Numbered from the stretch's first letter, positions 20,324 through 31,849 are shown. The stretch: DNA of 32,000 bases from Wigglesworthia glossinidia endosymbiont of Glossina morsitans morsitans (Yale colony) (GCF_000247565.1 NC_016893.1:510001-542000); one strand, 5' to 3'. The notes: generated from the sequence alone by a model not told the origin. Numbers and translations are program-made.

Positions 20324-20383
20324 ATTTAAATATCATATTACATCGTAATATTTTAAATTATACAATTTATTCATTAAATTTTT

Positions 20384-23300
20384 TTAATAAAAATCTTGTT
20401 TAGAACAGTGAAATTTTAATGGAAAAATTAAATATTTTTTTGATTCTTTGATAATTTTATCAATATAAAATTTTGTCAGGCAAGGTATTACTTTACATAT
20501 ATATGGATCTTTTGATTCTCCAGAAATAAACATATTACCATTCCAAGCATTAATTAATTTCGTACACGCATAATTTTGAGATTTTTTATCTAAATTTAAT
20601 ATTTTTTTATTTTTATTAAAACAATTTATTATCCATTCACTACCACATTTATTTAATAAAGTTAGTGGAAAGTTTGTGCCTTGTTGATAACCGATTATAA
20701 AAATATATAATAGTTCTTTTGCTTTTTTTTGTGATATATGTGTATAATGCCAATGTGATTCTATACCAAAAAAATAACTATCACCTATTCCTCCTGAAAT
20801 GCAATACAGCAAATGTTCTATCCAAAATAATAAACCATCATATAAAGATAACTTACGTATGTTCCAGCGTAATAATCCAGATTTAGAAATATTAAATAAA
20901 AAACCCATTATTTTCACATCCCCGCATTCAAAACATACTTTAATCTTATTAATTGTAGTACATTTATATTTATTAATCATATTAACTAACTTTAATATTT
21001 TATCACATTGTTGTTCTGCGATAATCATTCCAATTTTTCCGTAAGGAATATTTTTTATTTCATAAAAAATATTTTTTATCTTCATTTTTGGATAGTTTTG
21101 CATAAAATACCGAAATAAATTAATGTTAATACAATTTTTTATTAATTGAAAATTGAAGTTGTTTTTTTTATTATGCAAATAATTCAAACTATTTGAAAAA
21201 TTTATATTTAAGTAATATTTACACCAAAAACGTATTGGATGTGTATAAAATTCTAAAAATTTGTTTATTAATATCTGAAAAATATATTTATTTTTTTTAT
21301 TTCTAAAAGTTAACGTGCAAGAATTTTTTTTTATATCTTGGTTATTTTTTAATAAATTTTGATGATAATTCTGAATATTTAATATGCAAGATAAACTTGA
21401 TTGATTGATATTTTTTTTTATTAAAAAGTCTTTTACTAAAAAAAAATTTTCTAAAAAACTAGTTATATTTTTATTTGGAAATCGAAAACTAACTGCAATA
21501 TATTCTAGTAATTCATTAATAATAACAGAAGAATATTGCAATTTATCTGCTTGTATTGAATTTTTCAAAAAACTAATATATAAATTATTTTTCGCAGATA
21601 ATAATATTTTTAAAAATGCATATCGATCTTCATCATAACAATTTTGATCTCCAAATCGCGGTGATTGATACATCAAATCAAAATCGATATGAATATTAGA
21701 TTTAGGATATACATTATCGTTCATGCCTAGTAAACAAATTACTTTATATGGAAATGTTTTTGAAGCAGAAAAATTGCAAAAATCAATGTTTCCAGATAAA
21801 AATTTTTGACTATATTTTTCTTGATCAATATTTTTAAATAAAATTTGTGATAGTACCTCGATATTAATTAATTTGTTGTATTTTGAATATTCTCCGTTGA
21901 GAATAATTTTGCTCCAATTTTTTTTTAATATTTTTAGTACTTTTTTTTCTTCTTTATTAGGTTGGAAAAAATCACAGATTATTTCATTTATACAATCTTT
22001 CCATAAATGCAATTCGCGCGAACAAGATAATTTTTCGTACCATATGGTAATTTGATCAATAATTTCTGATAATTTTCCTACTGCATGAAAAATATTAATT
22101 TTATTATATTTTTGTTTGAAAAAAAATTCATATTTGTTTTCTTTTTTTGTCATAGCATATTCGTATAATATTTGTTTAATATTCTCTGTCCAAGTATGTT
22201 TAGAAATACAATTTGGGTGATTTTTTTGGAAAATTTTACTGTTCAATCCCCAACGAATTTCCGTATGAGTAATTAAATTTTTTAATATTTTAAGTTCATT
22301 CGAATTTATTCTATATCGATTTGCAATTGCTGAACATTCTAAAAAAGAAAAAATTTGTTCCACAGAAAATGTATATTTAGGTAGTTTTAAAAGATTAAAA
22401 ATATTTGATAAAATAGGATGTAATTTTAATATTTTTCTATCTGAAATATTTGCATGTATATTATATAAATTTTTGTTAAATACTGATTGAATTGCTTGAG
22501 CATATTTTTCTATGTCTATAGACATTACGATAATATCTCGAGGCGAGATATGGTGATTCCTTGAAAGAATGTCAAGAAGATATATATATAATAACTCGAT
22601 TTCATTGTATATACTATTGCATTCGCAAATATATATCGAATTATCTTTAACATCTAAATAACGCATACTATCTGAAATTAAGCTATTTGATTGAATATTA
22701 GAATAATATCGATGTTTTAATATATCATTTTTTAAATAATTTAATAATGTATTATTTTTTCTTTTATAAAAAGCTTCTATATTTATGATATAATCCAAAT
22801 TTTCTAGTAAAAGTAAATAATCAGACCCTGATTTGCCCCAAGAAGCTAATAAAGAATATTTAACAGAAATTTTTTTAAGTGATTTATTTATTTTTTTTGT
22901 ATATGATTTAGGAAAATATGAAAAACAATTTTGATTTTGAATATCACTCCAGTACTTATAGGAAGGATTCACAAAAAATAAATGTACTTCAAGATGCATA
23001 CTGATTTGTTCTAAAATTCTTAAATATATTGGAGGCATAAATGAAACATTGAATAAGAAAATTCTTTTTGGATGGTTTTGAGGTAAATTTAAACTTTTTT
23101 TAATCATTTCAACGCACATCTGATATATATTAGAAATATTAAAATTTTTTTCTTTTTTTATTTTTTTTACTAACTTTTTCCATATAACAGATTGCCAAAT
23201 TTGCTCTTTTCCTATATTTTTAATTAATTTATTTTGTTCCCATAAAGATATCCAATCAGGACGAAAAATAAGGTATTGAAAATACAAATCAGATAGTTTG

Positions 23301-23683
23301 TTAGCAAAATAAAAAATTTGATACTGATTATTAATTTTTAATAATTGATTTAATTCTGAATATTTTTCAAAATTTTTAATATTCAATATTATACGTACAA
23401 TATACCACATAAGCATTGTTTTAAAAGAAAAATGATCATGAGGAAGATTTTTTATATTTATTTTTAATATATTCCAAATAAAATTATTAACCAACAAAAA
23501 ATCTATGTTTAAAACTATATCTATGTCATATGCAAGTTTTATTTTTAACCATTTCATCATTGATTGATGATTAACAATAATAATTTCGTTGCACATAGCA
23601 TTTCGTATAGGAAATCTTTTCATAAAAGACGATAAAATACTTTTTAAAATTTCTAAATCATTAGAGTAATATGTATAAATCAT
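20384..23683 (-). CDS. recC: RecC subunit of exonuclease V
   Basis: 1099 aa collinear with E. coli RecC: QYLIFRPDWISLWEQ, HPRKRIFLFNVS-like region, VICLLGMNDNVYPK, FDLMYQSPRFGDQNCYDEDRYAFLKILLSAK, WIEHLLYCISGG, AWNGNMFISGE. Confidence 0.94.
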   Translation of the reverse strand: MIYTYYSNDLEILKSILSSFMKRFPIRNAMCNEIIIVNHQSMMKWLKIKLAYDIDIVLNIDFLLVNNFIWNILKINIKNLPHDHFSFKTMLMWYIVRIILNIKNFEKYSELNQLLKINNQYQIFYFANKLSDLYFQYLIFRPDWISLWEQNKLIKNIGKEQIWQSVIWKKLVKKIKKEKNFNISNIYQMCVEMIKKSLNLPQNHPKRIFLFNVSFMPPIYLRILEQISMHLEVHLFFVNPSYKYWSDIQNQNCFSYFPKSYTKKINKSLKKISVKYSLLASWGKSGSDYLLLLENLDYIINIEAFYKRKNNTLLNYLKNDILKHRYYSNIQSNSLISDSMRYLDVKDNSIYICECNSIYNEIELLYIYLLDILSRNHHISPRDIIVMSIDIEKYAQAIQSVFNKNLYNIHANISDRKILKLHPILSNIFNLLKLPKYTFSVEQIFSFLECSAIANRYRINSNELKILKNLITHTEIRWGLNSKIFQKNHPNCISKHTWTENIKQILYEYAMTKKENKYEFFFKQKYNKINIFHAVGKLSEIIDQITIWYEKLSCSRELHLWKDCINEIICDFFQPNKEEKKVLKILKKNWSKIILNGEYSKYNKLINIEVLSQILFKNIDQEKYSQKFLSGNIDFCNFSASKTFPYKVICLLGMNDNVYPKSNIHIDFDLMYQSPRFGDQNCYDEDRYAFLKILLSAKNNLYISFLKNSIQADKLQYSSVIINELLEYIAVSFRFPNKNITSFLENFFLVKDFLIKKNINQSSLSCILNIQNYHQNLLKNNQDIKKNSCTLTFRNKKNKYIFQILINKFLEFYTHPIRFWCKYYLNINFSNSLNYLHNKKNNFNFQLIKNCININLFRYFMQNYPKMKIKNIFYEIKNIPYGKIGMIIAEQQCDKILKLVNMINKYKCTTINKIKVCFECGDVKIMGFLFNISKSGLLRWNIRKLSLYDGLLFWIEHLLYCISGGIGDSYFFGIESHWHYTHISQKKAKELLYIFIIGYQQGTNFPLTLLNKCGSEWIINCFNKNKKILNLDKKSQNYACTKLINAWNGNMFISGESKDPYICKVIPCLTKFYIDKIIKESKKYLIFPLKFHCSKQDFY

Positions 23684-23763
23684 AATTTTTAATTTTATTT
23701 GAAATAAGATGCATTATTAATTGATAGTAACATATTAAGAATATCAATTATAAAGATAAGAAT

Positions 23764-24249
23764 TTATTCTTTCCATAATTTTAATTTCTTGCATGTTATC
23801 TTAGATAATCTATATGCTAAAGTGGTACCATCAGGAAATATTAAATTAGGCGATATTTCCATTAAAGGGTACAAGAAAAAGGATCTATTATATAGATCAT
23901 AATGTGGAATAATTAAATCTGAAAATTTATATATATTATTTTCAAAAAGTAAAATATCTAAATCTAAACTACGAGGCCCCCATTTTATAGAATTTCTTTG
24001 TCTACCTTGGTTATTTTCTATTTTTTTTATTTTTTTTAAAAGTTCTCTAGGTAATAAATTAGTATATAATTTTACTACTGCATTAAGAAAATTTGGTTGA
24101 TTTCTTGTTCCAAGAGGTTTACTATTATAATATTGGGAACACGCAAGAATTTTTGTATTTGGAAGATTTTTTAAAGCATTTATAGCACAATCTGCTTGTA
24201 TTTTAGGGTTTTTTATATTACTACCTATTGCAATCCATGTATTATACAT
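23764..24249 (-). CDS. folK: 2-amino-4-hydroxy-6-hydroxymethyldihydropteridine pyrophosphokinase (HPPK)
   Basis: WIAIGSNIKNP, QPNFLNAVVKLYT, KWGPRSLDLDILLF (HPPK signature), IIPHYDLYNRSFFLYPLMEI. Confidence 0.94.
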   Translation of the reverse strand: MYNTWIAIGSNIKNPKIQADCAINALKNLPNTKILACSQYYNSKPLGTRNQPNFLNAVVKLYTNLLPRELLKKIKKIENNQGRQRNSIKWGPRSLDLDILLFENNIYKFSDLIIPHYDLYNRSFFLYPLMEISPNLIFPDGTTLAYRLSKITCKKLKLWKE

Positions 24250-24895
24250 ATATTTTAATTAATCCATAATTTTAAAAAAATTTTAATTGTTAATAAAATT
24301 AAGTTTTTATTTATAAAAGTTTGAATAGAAATATATTTAGTAGTGTTTATTAATGATTAATTTATATTATATATCAAAACAGTATGTTGTTTGAATTTAT
24401 AAGATTTAATCAATATTTAAATCTTGTTAAGATTAATCAATTTTAATATTTGATAGAAAATGATTATTTTAAATAAAAAAAATCAATATTTATATTTAAC
24501 AAATAAACAATCTGAATTTATTAAATTTTATTTTGAAAAATAATGAATTTAAAAATTTTTTTAGTTGTTGATGAAAAAATTAAAGAAATAATTTTTTATT
24601 TCAATTCAAATACAATTAATTTACTTATATTTATAAAAAAAAACTTATACTTTTCAAATTTTTTTATATTTTATATATGCGCATTAACTTAAAAAGTGTT
24701 ATTTTAAAAATTTAATTGAAAATTATTGAATCAATTAACAATTTTTATGAAATTAAATTTTTTATACAAAATATTTCTAATGTTTAAAATTTAAATCAAA
24801 TTTTATCAAAATTTATAAAATTGATTCTTTAAAATGAACTTTAGATATGTTCAAACAATTTTTTAATTTATATAAAAGTAAAATAATTTTTTATT

Positions 24896-26293
24896 TTAAA
24901 AATTTGCATATTTTGGCGTTCTAGGAAATGGAATAAGATCTCTTACATTTTTAATTCCAGTAACATATGATAGTAATCTTTCTAATCCTAAACCGAATCC
25001 TGAATGCGGCACTGTTCCATATCTTCGTAAATCTTGATACCAATTATAATTTTCAGGATTAAGATTGTTTTCTTTTAAACGTAAATTTAATTGTTCCCAA
25101 CGTTCTTCTCTTTGAGATCCTCCAATGATCTCTCCGATGCCTGGTAATAAAATATCTGCGGATGCAACAGTTTTTTGATCTTGATTTAAACGCATATAAA
25201 ATGCTTTTATTTTTTTTGGGTAATTTTTAATAACTATTGGTTTTTTATAATATATATCAGATAAATATTTTTCGTGCTCTGAAGAAAAATCTTCTCCCCA
25301 ATTTAAATAAGATTTAAAATAATTAGTAGAATTGTTTATAATTTTTATTGCTTCTGTATATTCTATAAAAAATGCTTCACTTACAATGAATTGTTGCATA
25401 CGATTAATTAAATTAGTGTTTGTTTTTTTTTCTAAAAAAATTAAATCATCAAAACATCTACCTAAAACATTTTTAAAAATATTTTTTAACATTTTATATG
25501 CGAAAAGTATAATTTCATCTAAATTTAAAAAAGCTGCTTCAATTTCAATCATCCAAAATTCTGCTAAATGTCTAGTAGTGTTTGAATTTTCAGCACGAAA
25601 AGTTGGTCCAAAAGTGTAAACTTTAGATAAAGCACAAGCGTAACTTTCTAAGTGTAACTGACCAGAAACGGTTAAAAATGTTTTTTTTCCAAAAAAATCT
25701 TTTTTATAATCTACTTTTCCTTTTAAATTTTTTGGAATATCTTCAAAATTTAAAGTAGAAACACAAAACATTTCTCCACTTCCTTCTGTATTTAAAGCGG
25801 TAATTAATGGAGTAGAAATCCATAAAAAACCTTGTTGGCTTAAAAATGTATGTATTTCTTGAGCGATAAAATGTCGTATTCTTGTAATTGCACCAATAAT
25901 ATTTGTTCTAGGCCTCAAATGAGCTAAATTTCTCAAATATTCTAAAGTATGTGATTTAGGTGCTATAGGATAAGTTTCTGGATTAAATACGTTACCTATA
26001 ATTTTGATAGATTTTGCATAAATTTCTAGTTGATCTTTATTAATAGATTTTTGAACAATCCCTTCTATGCAAACAGAACATCCAGAAGTTAATTGTAAAA
26101 TGTCTTTTTTATAGTTTTTTAAATCTTTATTTGCAATTACTTGTATATGTTTAAAGCATGATCCATCATATATGTCAATGAAAGAAATGCCTATTTTTGA
26201 ATCTCGTTTGTTTCTTACCCATGCATTAATAAAAATTATTTGCGATGTTAAAATTTTTTTATTAAAAATATCAATAATTGTAGTTAATTTCAA
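24896..26293 (-). CDS. asnS: Asparaginyl-tRNA synthetase
   Basis: YDGSCFKHIQVI, HLRPRTNIIGA, GPTFRAENSNTTRHLAEFWMIE (class II motif 2), SGFGLGLERLLSYVTG (motif 3), C-terminus IPFPRTPKYANF. Confidence 0.97.
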   Translation of the reverse strand: MKLTTIIDIFNKKILTSQIIFINAWVRNKRDSKIGISFIDIYDGSCFKHIQVIANKDLKNYKKDILQLTSGCSVCIEGIVQKSINKDQLEIYAKSIKIIGNVFNPETYPIAPKSHTLEYLRNLAHLRPRTNIIGAITRIRHFIAQEIHTFLSQQGFLWISTPLITALNTEGSGEMFCVSTLNFEDIPKNLKGKVDYKKDFFGKKTFLTVSGQLHLESYACALSKVYTFGPTFRAENSNTTRHLAEFWMIEIEAAFLNLDEIILFAYKMLKNIFKNVLGRCFDDLIFLEKKTNTNLINRMQQFIVSEAFFIEYTEAIKIINNSTNYFKSYLNWGEDFSSEHEKYLSDIYYKKPIVIKNYPKKIKAFYMRLNQDQKTVASADILLPGIGEIIGGSQREERWEQLNLRLKENNLNPENYNWYQDLRRYGTVPHSGFGLGLERLLSYVTGIKNVRDLIPFPRTPKYANF

Positions 26294-26809
26294 ATAAGTA
26301 TCCTTTAATTTTTTGTGTATTAATTTATCTAAATTTGTGTAGCACTATATCATAGAATTCAATTATACTAATTTAAGAAATTAAAAATAATTTTAATTTT
26401 TTTTGAGTGTTACTCAAGTTAATAATAATAATTTATTGCGTAGAAAATAAAATATTTAATTTATTTTATTTGATTATGATATAAAATATATAGTCATCTC
26501 TTATATGCTTTTATAATTCAACCTAAATACAAAATACGTAAACGGAATAAGAAAATTTTTATTCAATAATTTTAATATGTTAAATATGAAAAATCATTCT
26601 TATGATTTCATAAAATATAATAGTTATTAAATATTTTAATTAGAAATTTTTAAGAAATTTTAATTCAAATATTGAAAACTCGTATAAATCATATTTTTTA
26701 TACATGCTTATATTAATTAAAAAATTTTATATTTAATTCTTATTTTAAGATAAATTCAGATAAAATAAATTTTATTTTTTAGATTTTAAATACTTTCAAG
26801 GAGCAAGTG

Positions 26810-27157
26810 ATGCGTCACTACGAAATAATATTTATGGTGCATACCGATCAAAGTGAACAGGTATCTAAAATTATTGAACATTATACTACAATTATTAAAA
26901 AAAATTCAGGATATGTACATCGATTAGAAGATTGGGGCAGAAGGCAATTAGCTTACCCAATTAAAAAATTACATAAAGCACATTACGTTCTCATGAATAT
27001 AGAAACATCTACAAAGATATTAGAAGAAATTATACAAGATTTAAAATTAAATAGCGCTATATTAAGAAATATGATTTTAAAAATTAAATCTGCCGTTACA
27101 GAGCCGTCTCCTATGTTTAAAGTCAAAGAAGAAAAAAATATAGATAATGGAAATTAA
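26810..27157 (+). CDS. rpsF: 30S ribosomal protein S6
   Basis: [50 protein letters not shown] at about 26798-26803. The ATG at 26810 is preferred over the in-frame GTG at 26807. Confidence 0.95.
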   Translation: MRHYEIIFMVHTDQSEQVSKIIEHYTTIIKKNSGYVHRLEDWGRRQLAYPIKKLHKAHYVLMNIETSTKILEEIIQDLKLNSAILRNMILKIKSAVTEPSPMFKVKEEKNIDNGN

Positions 27158-27327
27158 TTTGTTAAAATTAATAGATTTTGATAACAAAATTCTATATATA
27201 TTAAAAATATTTTAAAGTTTTTAAAAAAAATTCAAACGAGAAAATCAAATAAATTAAATTTTTTAAAAAATTTTTATTTTTGATTTAAACACCTATATGT
27301 TTTTAAATTTTTTGGAGAATATTGATA

Positions 27328-27552
27328 ATGCGTAACTTTCGTAGACGTAAGTTTTGTCGATTCACAGTAGAAAAGATTCATCATATAGATTATAAAGATA
27401 TTGCTCTTTTAAAGAACTATGTTACGGAAAATGGGAAAATAGTGCCAAGTAGAATTACCGGAACACGTGCTAAATATCAAAGAAAACTTTCTAAAGCTAT
27501 TAAGAGAGCACGCTATTTATCACTTTTACCATATACTGACCATCACAATTAA
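27328..27552 (+). CDS. rpsR: 30S ribosomal protein S18
   Basis: [13 protein letters not shown]...[35 protein letters not shown]...[11 protein letters not shown]. Native ATG at 27328 with GGAG upstream. The track's TTG at 27322 is probably not used. Confidence 0.96.
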   Translation: MRNFRRRKFCRFTVEKIHHIDYKDIALLKNYVTENGKIVPSRITGTRAKYQRKLSKAIKRARYLSLLPYTDHHN

Positions 27553-27591
27553 AAAAAATCTAAAAATTTAAAAAAAATATACGGAACTAAA

Positions 27592-28044
27592 ATGCAAATT
27601 ATTTTATTAAAAAAAATTATTAATTTAGGTAATCCCGGAGATCAAGTTAGTGTTAAACCTGGATATGCTAGAAATTTTTTATTTCCTAGAAATTTAGCCA
27701 TCATAGCTTCTGAAGAAAATGTGAAACATTTTGAATATAAAAAAATTAAACTAGAAGAAAAATTAAAATACGAAACATCTTTATTAGTAAATCGATGTGA
27801 CAAGATAAAGAACTTAAAGTGTATTGAAATTAGTTGTAAAGCAGGACGTAATGGTAAATTATTTGGATCTGTCGGAGCACGACAGATTGCAGAAAAAATT
27901 AAAGAAAAAAACGTACACGTAATGAAACATGAAATTAAATTAATAGACGGTCCTTTAAGATTAATTGGTTCATATAAAGTAAAAATTCAAATAAATCAAA
28001 AAATTTTTACTACTATTGATGTAATACTAAAAAATAACATTTAG
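27592..28044 (+). CDS. rplI: 50S ribosomal protein L9
   Basis: MQIILLKKIINLGNPGDQVSVKPGYARNFLFPRNLAI, and C-terminal domain GKLFGSVGARQIAE. Follows rpsR as in E. coli. Confidence 0.96.
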   Translation: MQIILLKKIINLGNPGDQVSVKPGYARNFLFPRNLAIIASEENVKHFEYKKIKLEEKLKYETSLLVNRCDKIKNLKCIEISCKAGRNGKLFGSVGARQIAEKIKEKNVHVMKHEIKLIDGPLRLIGSYKVKIQINQKIFTTIDVILKNNI

Positions 28045-28393
28045 TAGTATATTTTATGAAATAAGATCTATAATGAAATTTTTTGTACGTTTACTGCGAT
28101 ATTTTGTATTGATTGTAATTAAAATCAATACACAGCTTAAATTTTTCATTAAAAAACTAAAATGTACTATAAATATAATGTTCAAAAAATAATTAAATTA
28201 AAATTTTAGAATTTAAAAATCCATTAATATTTAAAAAATTTTTCATTCTTTAAGATTTATTTCAGACAATTTTTGTATTTTTTTTGAAATGTTTTCAATA
28301 TGGTATTTTAAATAAGAAAATTTTAGATTATTTAAATATCCAAATATAATGCAACATAGATTCTATTTTATACATCTTAAAAGGAGTTTAGAT

Positions 28394-28597
28394 ATGACTG
28401 ACGAAGTAGATTTAGCAAGTCAAAGTGAAGAAGAATTCCGACAGTATTCTTTATCACGCCATCAAGCGTATGCGCTTCCAATTAACGGGCGTTGTTATAA
28501 TTGTGAAGAATCAACTTCAGGAAATTTTTGTTGTGTGGAGTGTCGAGAAGATTGGGAAAAAAGAAAATATTTTGAACGTCAAAAAAAAGTTGATTGA
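28394..28597 (+). CDS. Small conserved-looking protein with Cys4 putative zinc finger
   Basis: MTDEVDLASQSEEEFRQYSLSRHQAYALPINGRCYNCEESTSGNFCCVECREDWEKRKYFERQKKVD. SD AAGGAG at 28381-28386, 7 nt before the ATG at 28394. CxxC...CxxC pair suggests a DksA/TraR-like or related C4 finger. Confidence 0.6.
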   Translation: MTDEVDLASQSEEEFRQYSLSRHQAYALPINGRCYNCEESTSGNFCCVECREDWEKRKYFERQKKVD

Positions 28598-28841
28598 TTT
28601 TTGTAGAATATTCTATATAAAAATTTTAAATTAATAAAAAATTCTAAAGCAGATAAAATCTTAAATAAATAAGTTATCTGCTTTATTTAATTTCTGGAAA
28701 ATTTAAATTTAATTTTATATAAGATATATTCTAAATGAATTTCATAATGCATCTATTAATTTTTTAAAAATAACAGAATAATGAAAAATAAAAACTTTTT
28801 CAGTATAATTAAAAATCAAAAACGATTTTTTTTATGTACCC

Positions 28842-28870
28842 CTTGAAGGATTGTATATTGATCCCCATTT
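28842..28870 (+). promoter_or_regulatory. Sigma32 (RpoH) heat-shock promoter of groESL
   Basis: CTTGAAG (28842-28848), 14 nt spacer, CCCCATTT (28863-28870). Nearly matches the E. coli groE promoter (CCCCCTTGAAGG...ATCCCCATTT) and lies about 135 nt upstream of groES. Confidence 0.9.
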
Positions 28871-29005
28871 AGGTATCACTGGCGCCGAAATCTATTGATA
28901 ATTAATTAAAAATATAATTTAAAATTTTTAATTTAAAATTAAATATAGTTTTGGGATTTTGTTTTATAACTAATACGGACTTTCTTTCTCAAGGGGAGCT
29001 ATTAA

Positions 29006-29299
29006 ATGAAAATTCGCCCACTACATGACCGCGTTATTATTAAACGCAAAGAAGCGGAAGCCAAGTCTGCAGGAGGCATAGTTCTAACCGGTTCTGCCGC
29101 AAATAAATCTACTAGAGGTAAAGTATTAGCAGTAGGACACGGACGTATTTTAGATAATGGAGAAGTAAAACCTTTAGACGTAAAAATTGGAGACATCGTC
29201 ATCTTTAACGACGGATATGGTGTAAAAGTAGAAAAAATTGATAATGACGAAGTGCTGATAATGTCCGAAAGCGACATTCTGGCGATAGTTGAAAAATAA
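29006..29299 (+). CDS. groES: Co-chaperonin GroES
   Basis: [54 protein letters not shown]. Strong SD AAGGGGAG at 28991. Confidence 0.97.
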   Translation: MKIRPLHDRVIIKRKEAEAKSAGGIVLTGSAANKSTRGKVLAVGHGRILDNGEVKPLDVKIGDIVIFNDGYGVKVEKIDNDEVLIMSESDILAIVEK

Positions 29300-29323
29300 T
29301 CTGCATACAATCATATGAACTGA

Positions 29324-30985
<1,662 letters not shown>

Positions 30986-31046
30986 AAAATTCCTCATATT
31001 TTTTTCTTTAAGAATGAAAAATTTAAAAATTTAAATGTAAAAATTA

Positions 31047-31088
31047 GGCCTCAAACTAACTAGTTTGAGGCCGAAAATTTTTTTAAAA
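31047..31088 (+). terminator. Rho-independent terminator downstream of groEL
   Basis: Perfect 11-bp stem GGCCTCAAACT / AGTTTGAGGCC with 4-nt loop AACT (31047-31072), followed by GAAAATTTTTTTT. Unusually GC-rich for its surroundings. Confidence 0.9.
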
Positions 31089-31167
31089 ATATTTAAATAA
31101 ATAAATAATTTTTTTAACAAAATTAATATTAATTTTATTTTTATATAGCTAACATTTATGATTAATC

Positions 31168-31794
31168 ATGTATAAATTAATATTAAAAACTATTTTTTTG
31201 ATATATATTTTAATTGGCAATAATTTTAAAAATTTTGCTTATTCAAGTGAATACAAAAAGCTAGATTTTTTTATTTCTAGTCAATATCAAATTATAGAAT
31301 TTTTTTCTTTTTATTGCACATACTGTTATCAGTTTGACGAAATATATCAAATTGACAAGCAAATAAAAAATAATTTTTTGAAAAAAAATAAATTTATAAA
31401 ATATCATGTAGATTTTCTTGGCTCAATGGGCAAGGAACTAACAATTGCATGGACAATAGCAAATTTTTTTAATATAGAGGAAAAAATTAGTCCCGAATTA
31501 TTTCAAATAGTGCAAAATGTCAATAAAAACATTACAAAAAAAGATATTTGGTTAATTTTTGAAAAATTTGGAATCAACAAAACGCAATATGAATCTGCAA
31601 AAAATAGTTTTGCGGTAAAATTTTTTTTAAGTCAACAATATAATATTGAAAAAAAATTAGATCTCAAAAGTGTTCCAAGTATTATAGTAAACAATCAATT
31701 TATTATAAATAACGACGAAATTCATGCTAGTTCTATAGAAAATTACACCGAAAGATATATTAACATAATTAGAAATTTATTATCTAATAATTAA
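31168..31794 (+). CDS. dsbA: Periplasmic thiol:disulfide interchange protein DsbA
   Basis: Signal-like N-terminus, IIEFFSFYCTYCYQFDEIY (CxxC), KYHVDFLGSMGKELTIAWTIA, SVPSIIVN (cis-Pro region). Adjacent to polA as in E. coli. Confidence 0.92.
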   Translation: MYKLILKTIFLIYILIGNNFKNFAYSSEYKKLDFFISSQYQIIEFFSFYCTYCYQFDEIYQIDKQIKNNFLKKNKFIKYHVDFLGSMGKELTIAWTIANFFNIEEKISPELFQIVQNVNKNITKKDIWLIFEKFGINKTQYESAKNSFAVKFFLSQQYNIEKKLDLKSVPSIIVNNQFIINNDEIHASSIENYTERYINIIRNLLSNN

Positions 31795-31849
31795 TATTAT
31801 CTAAAATAGAACTATCTTATATAAAAATTATATAAGTAAATTTTTAATT

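Noticed and set aside
20799-22055. Plus-strand ORFs inside recC (20799-21044, 21405-21638, 21873-22055)
   Set aside because: Chance open frames in AT-rich DNA opposite a full-length RecC.
14972-23683. Novel defence or mobile system based on the large helicase/nuclease ORFs
   Set aside because: These three ORFs are the canonical recC-recB-recD housekeeping cluster. The novelty lies in motif loss, not in a new system.
25332-25619. 95-aa plus-strand ORF inside asnS
   Set aside because: Antisense of a highly conserved asnS region. Composition reflects the opposite strand.
28425-28634. Out-of-frame 69-aa ORF overlapping the small Cys4 protein
   Set aside because: Overlaps a better-supported frame with its own SD. 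No recognisable motif.
29002-29310. Antisense 102-aa ORF covering groES (and 79-aa antisense ORFs at 29311-29550 and 30700-30939 over groEL)
   Set aside because: Opposite-strand open frames created by codon bias in conserved chaperonin genes. No family resemblance and no independent ribosome site.
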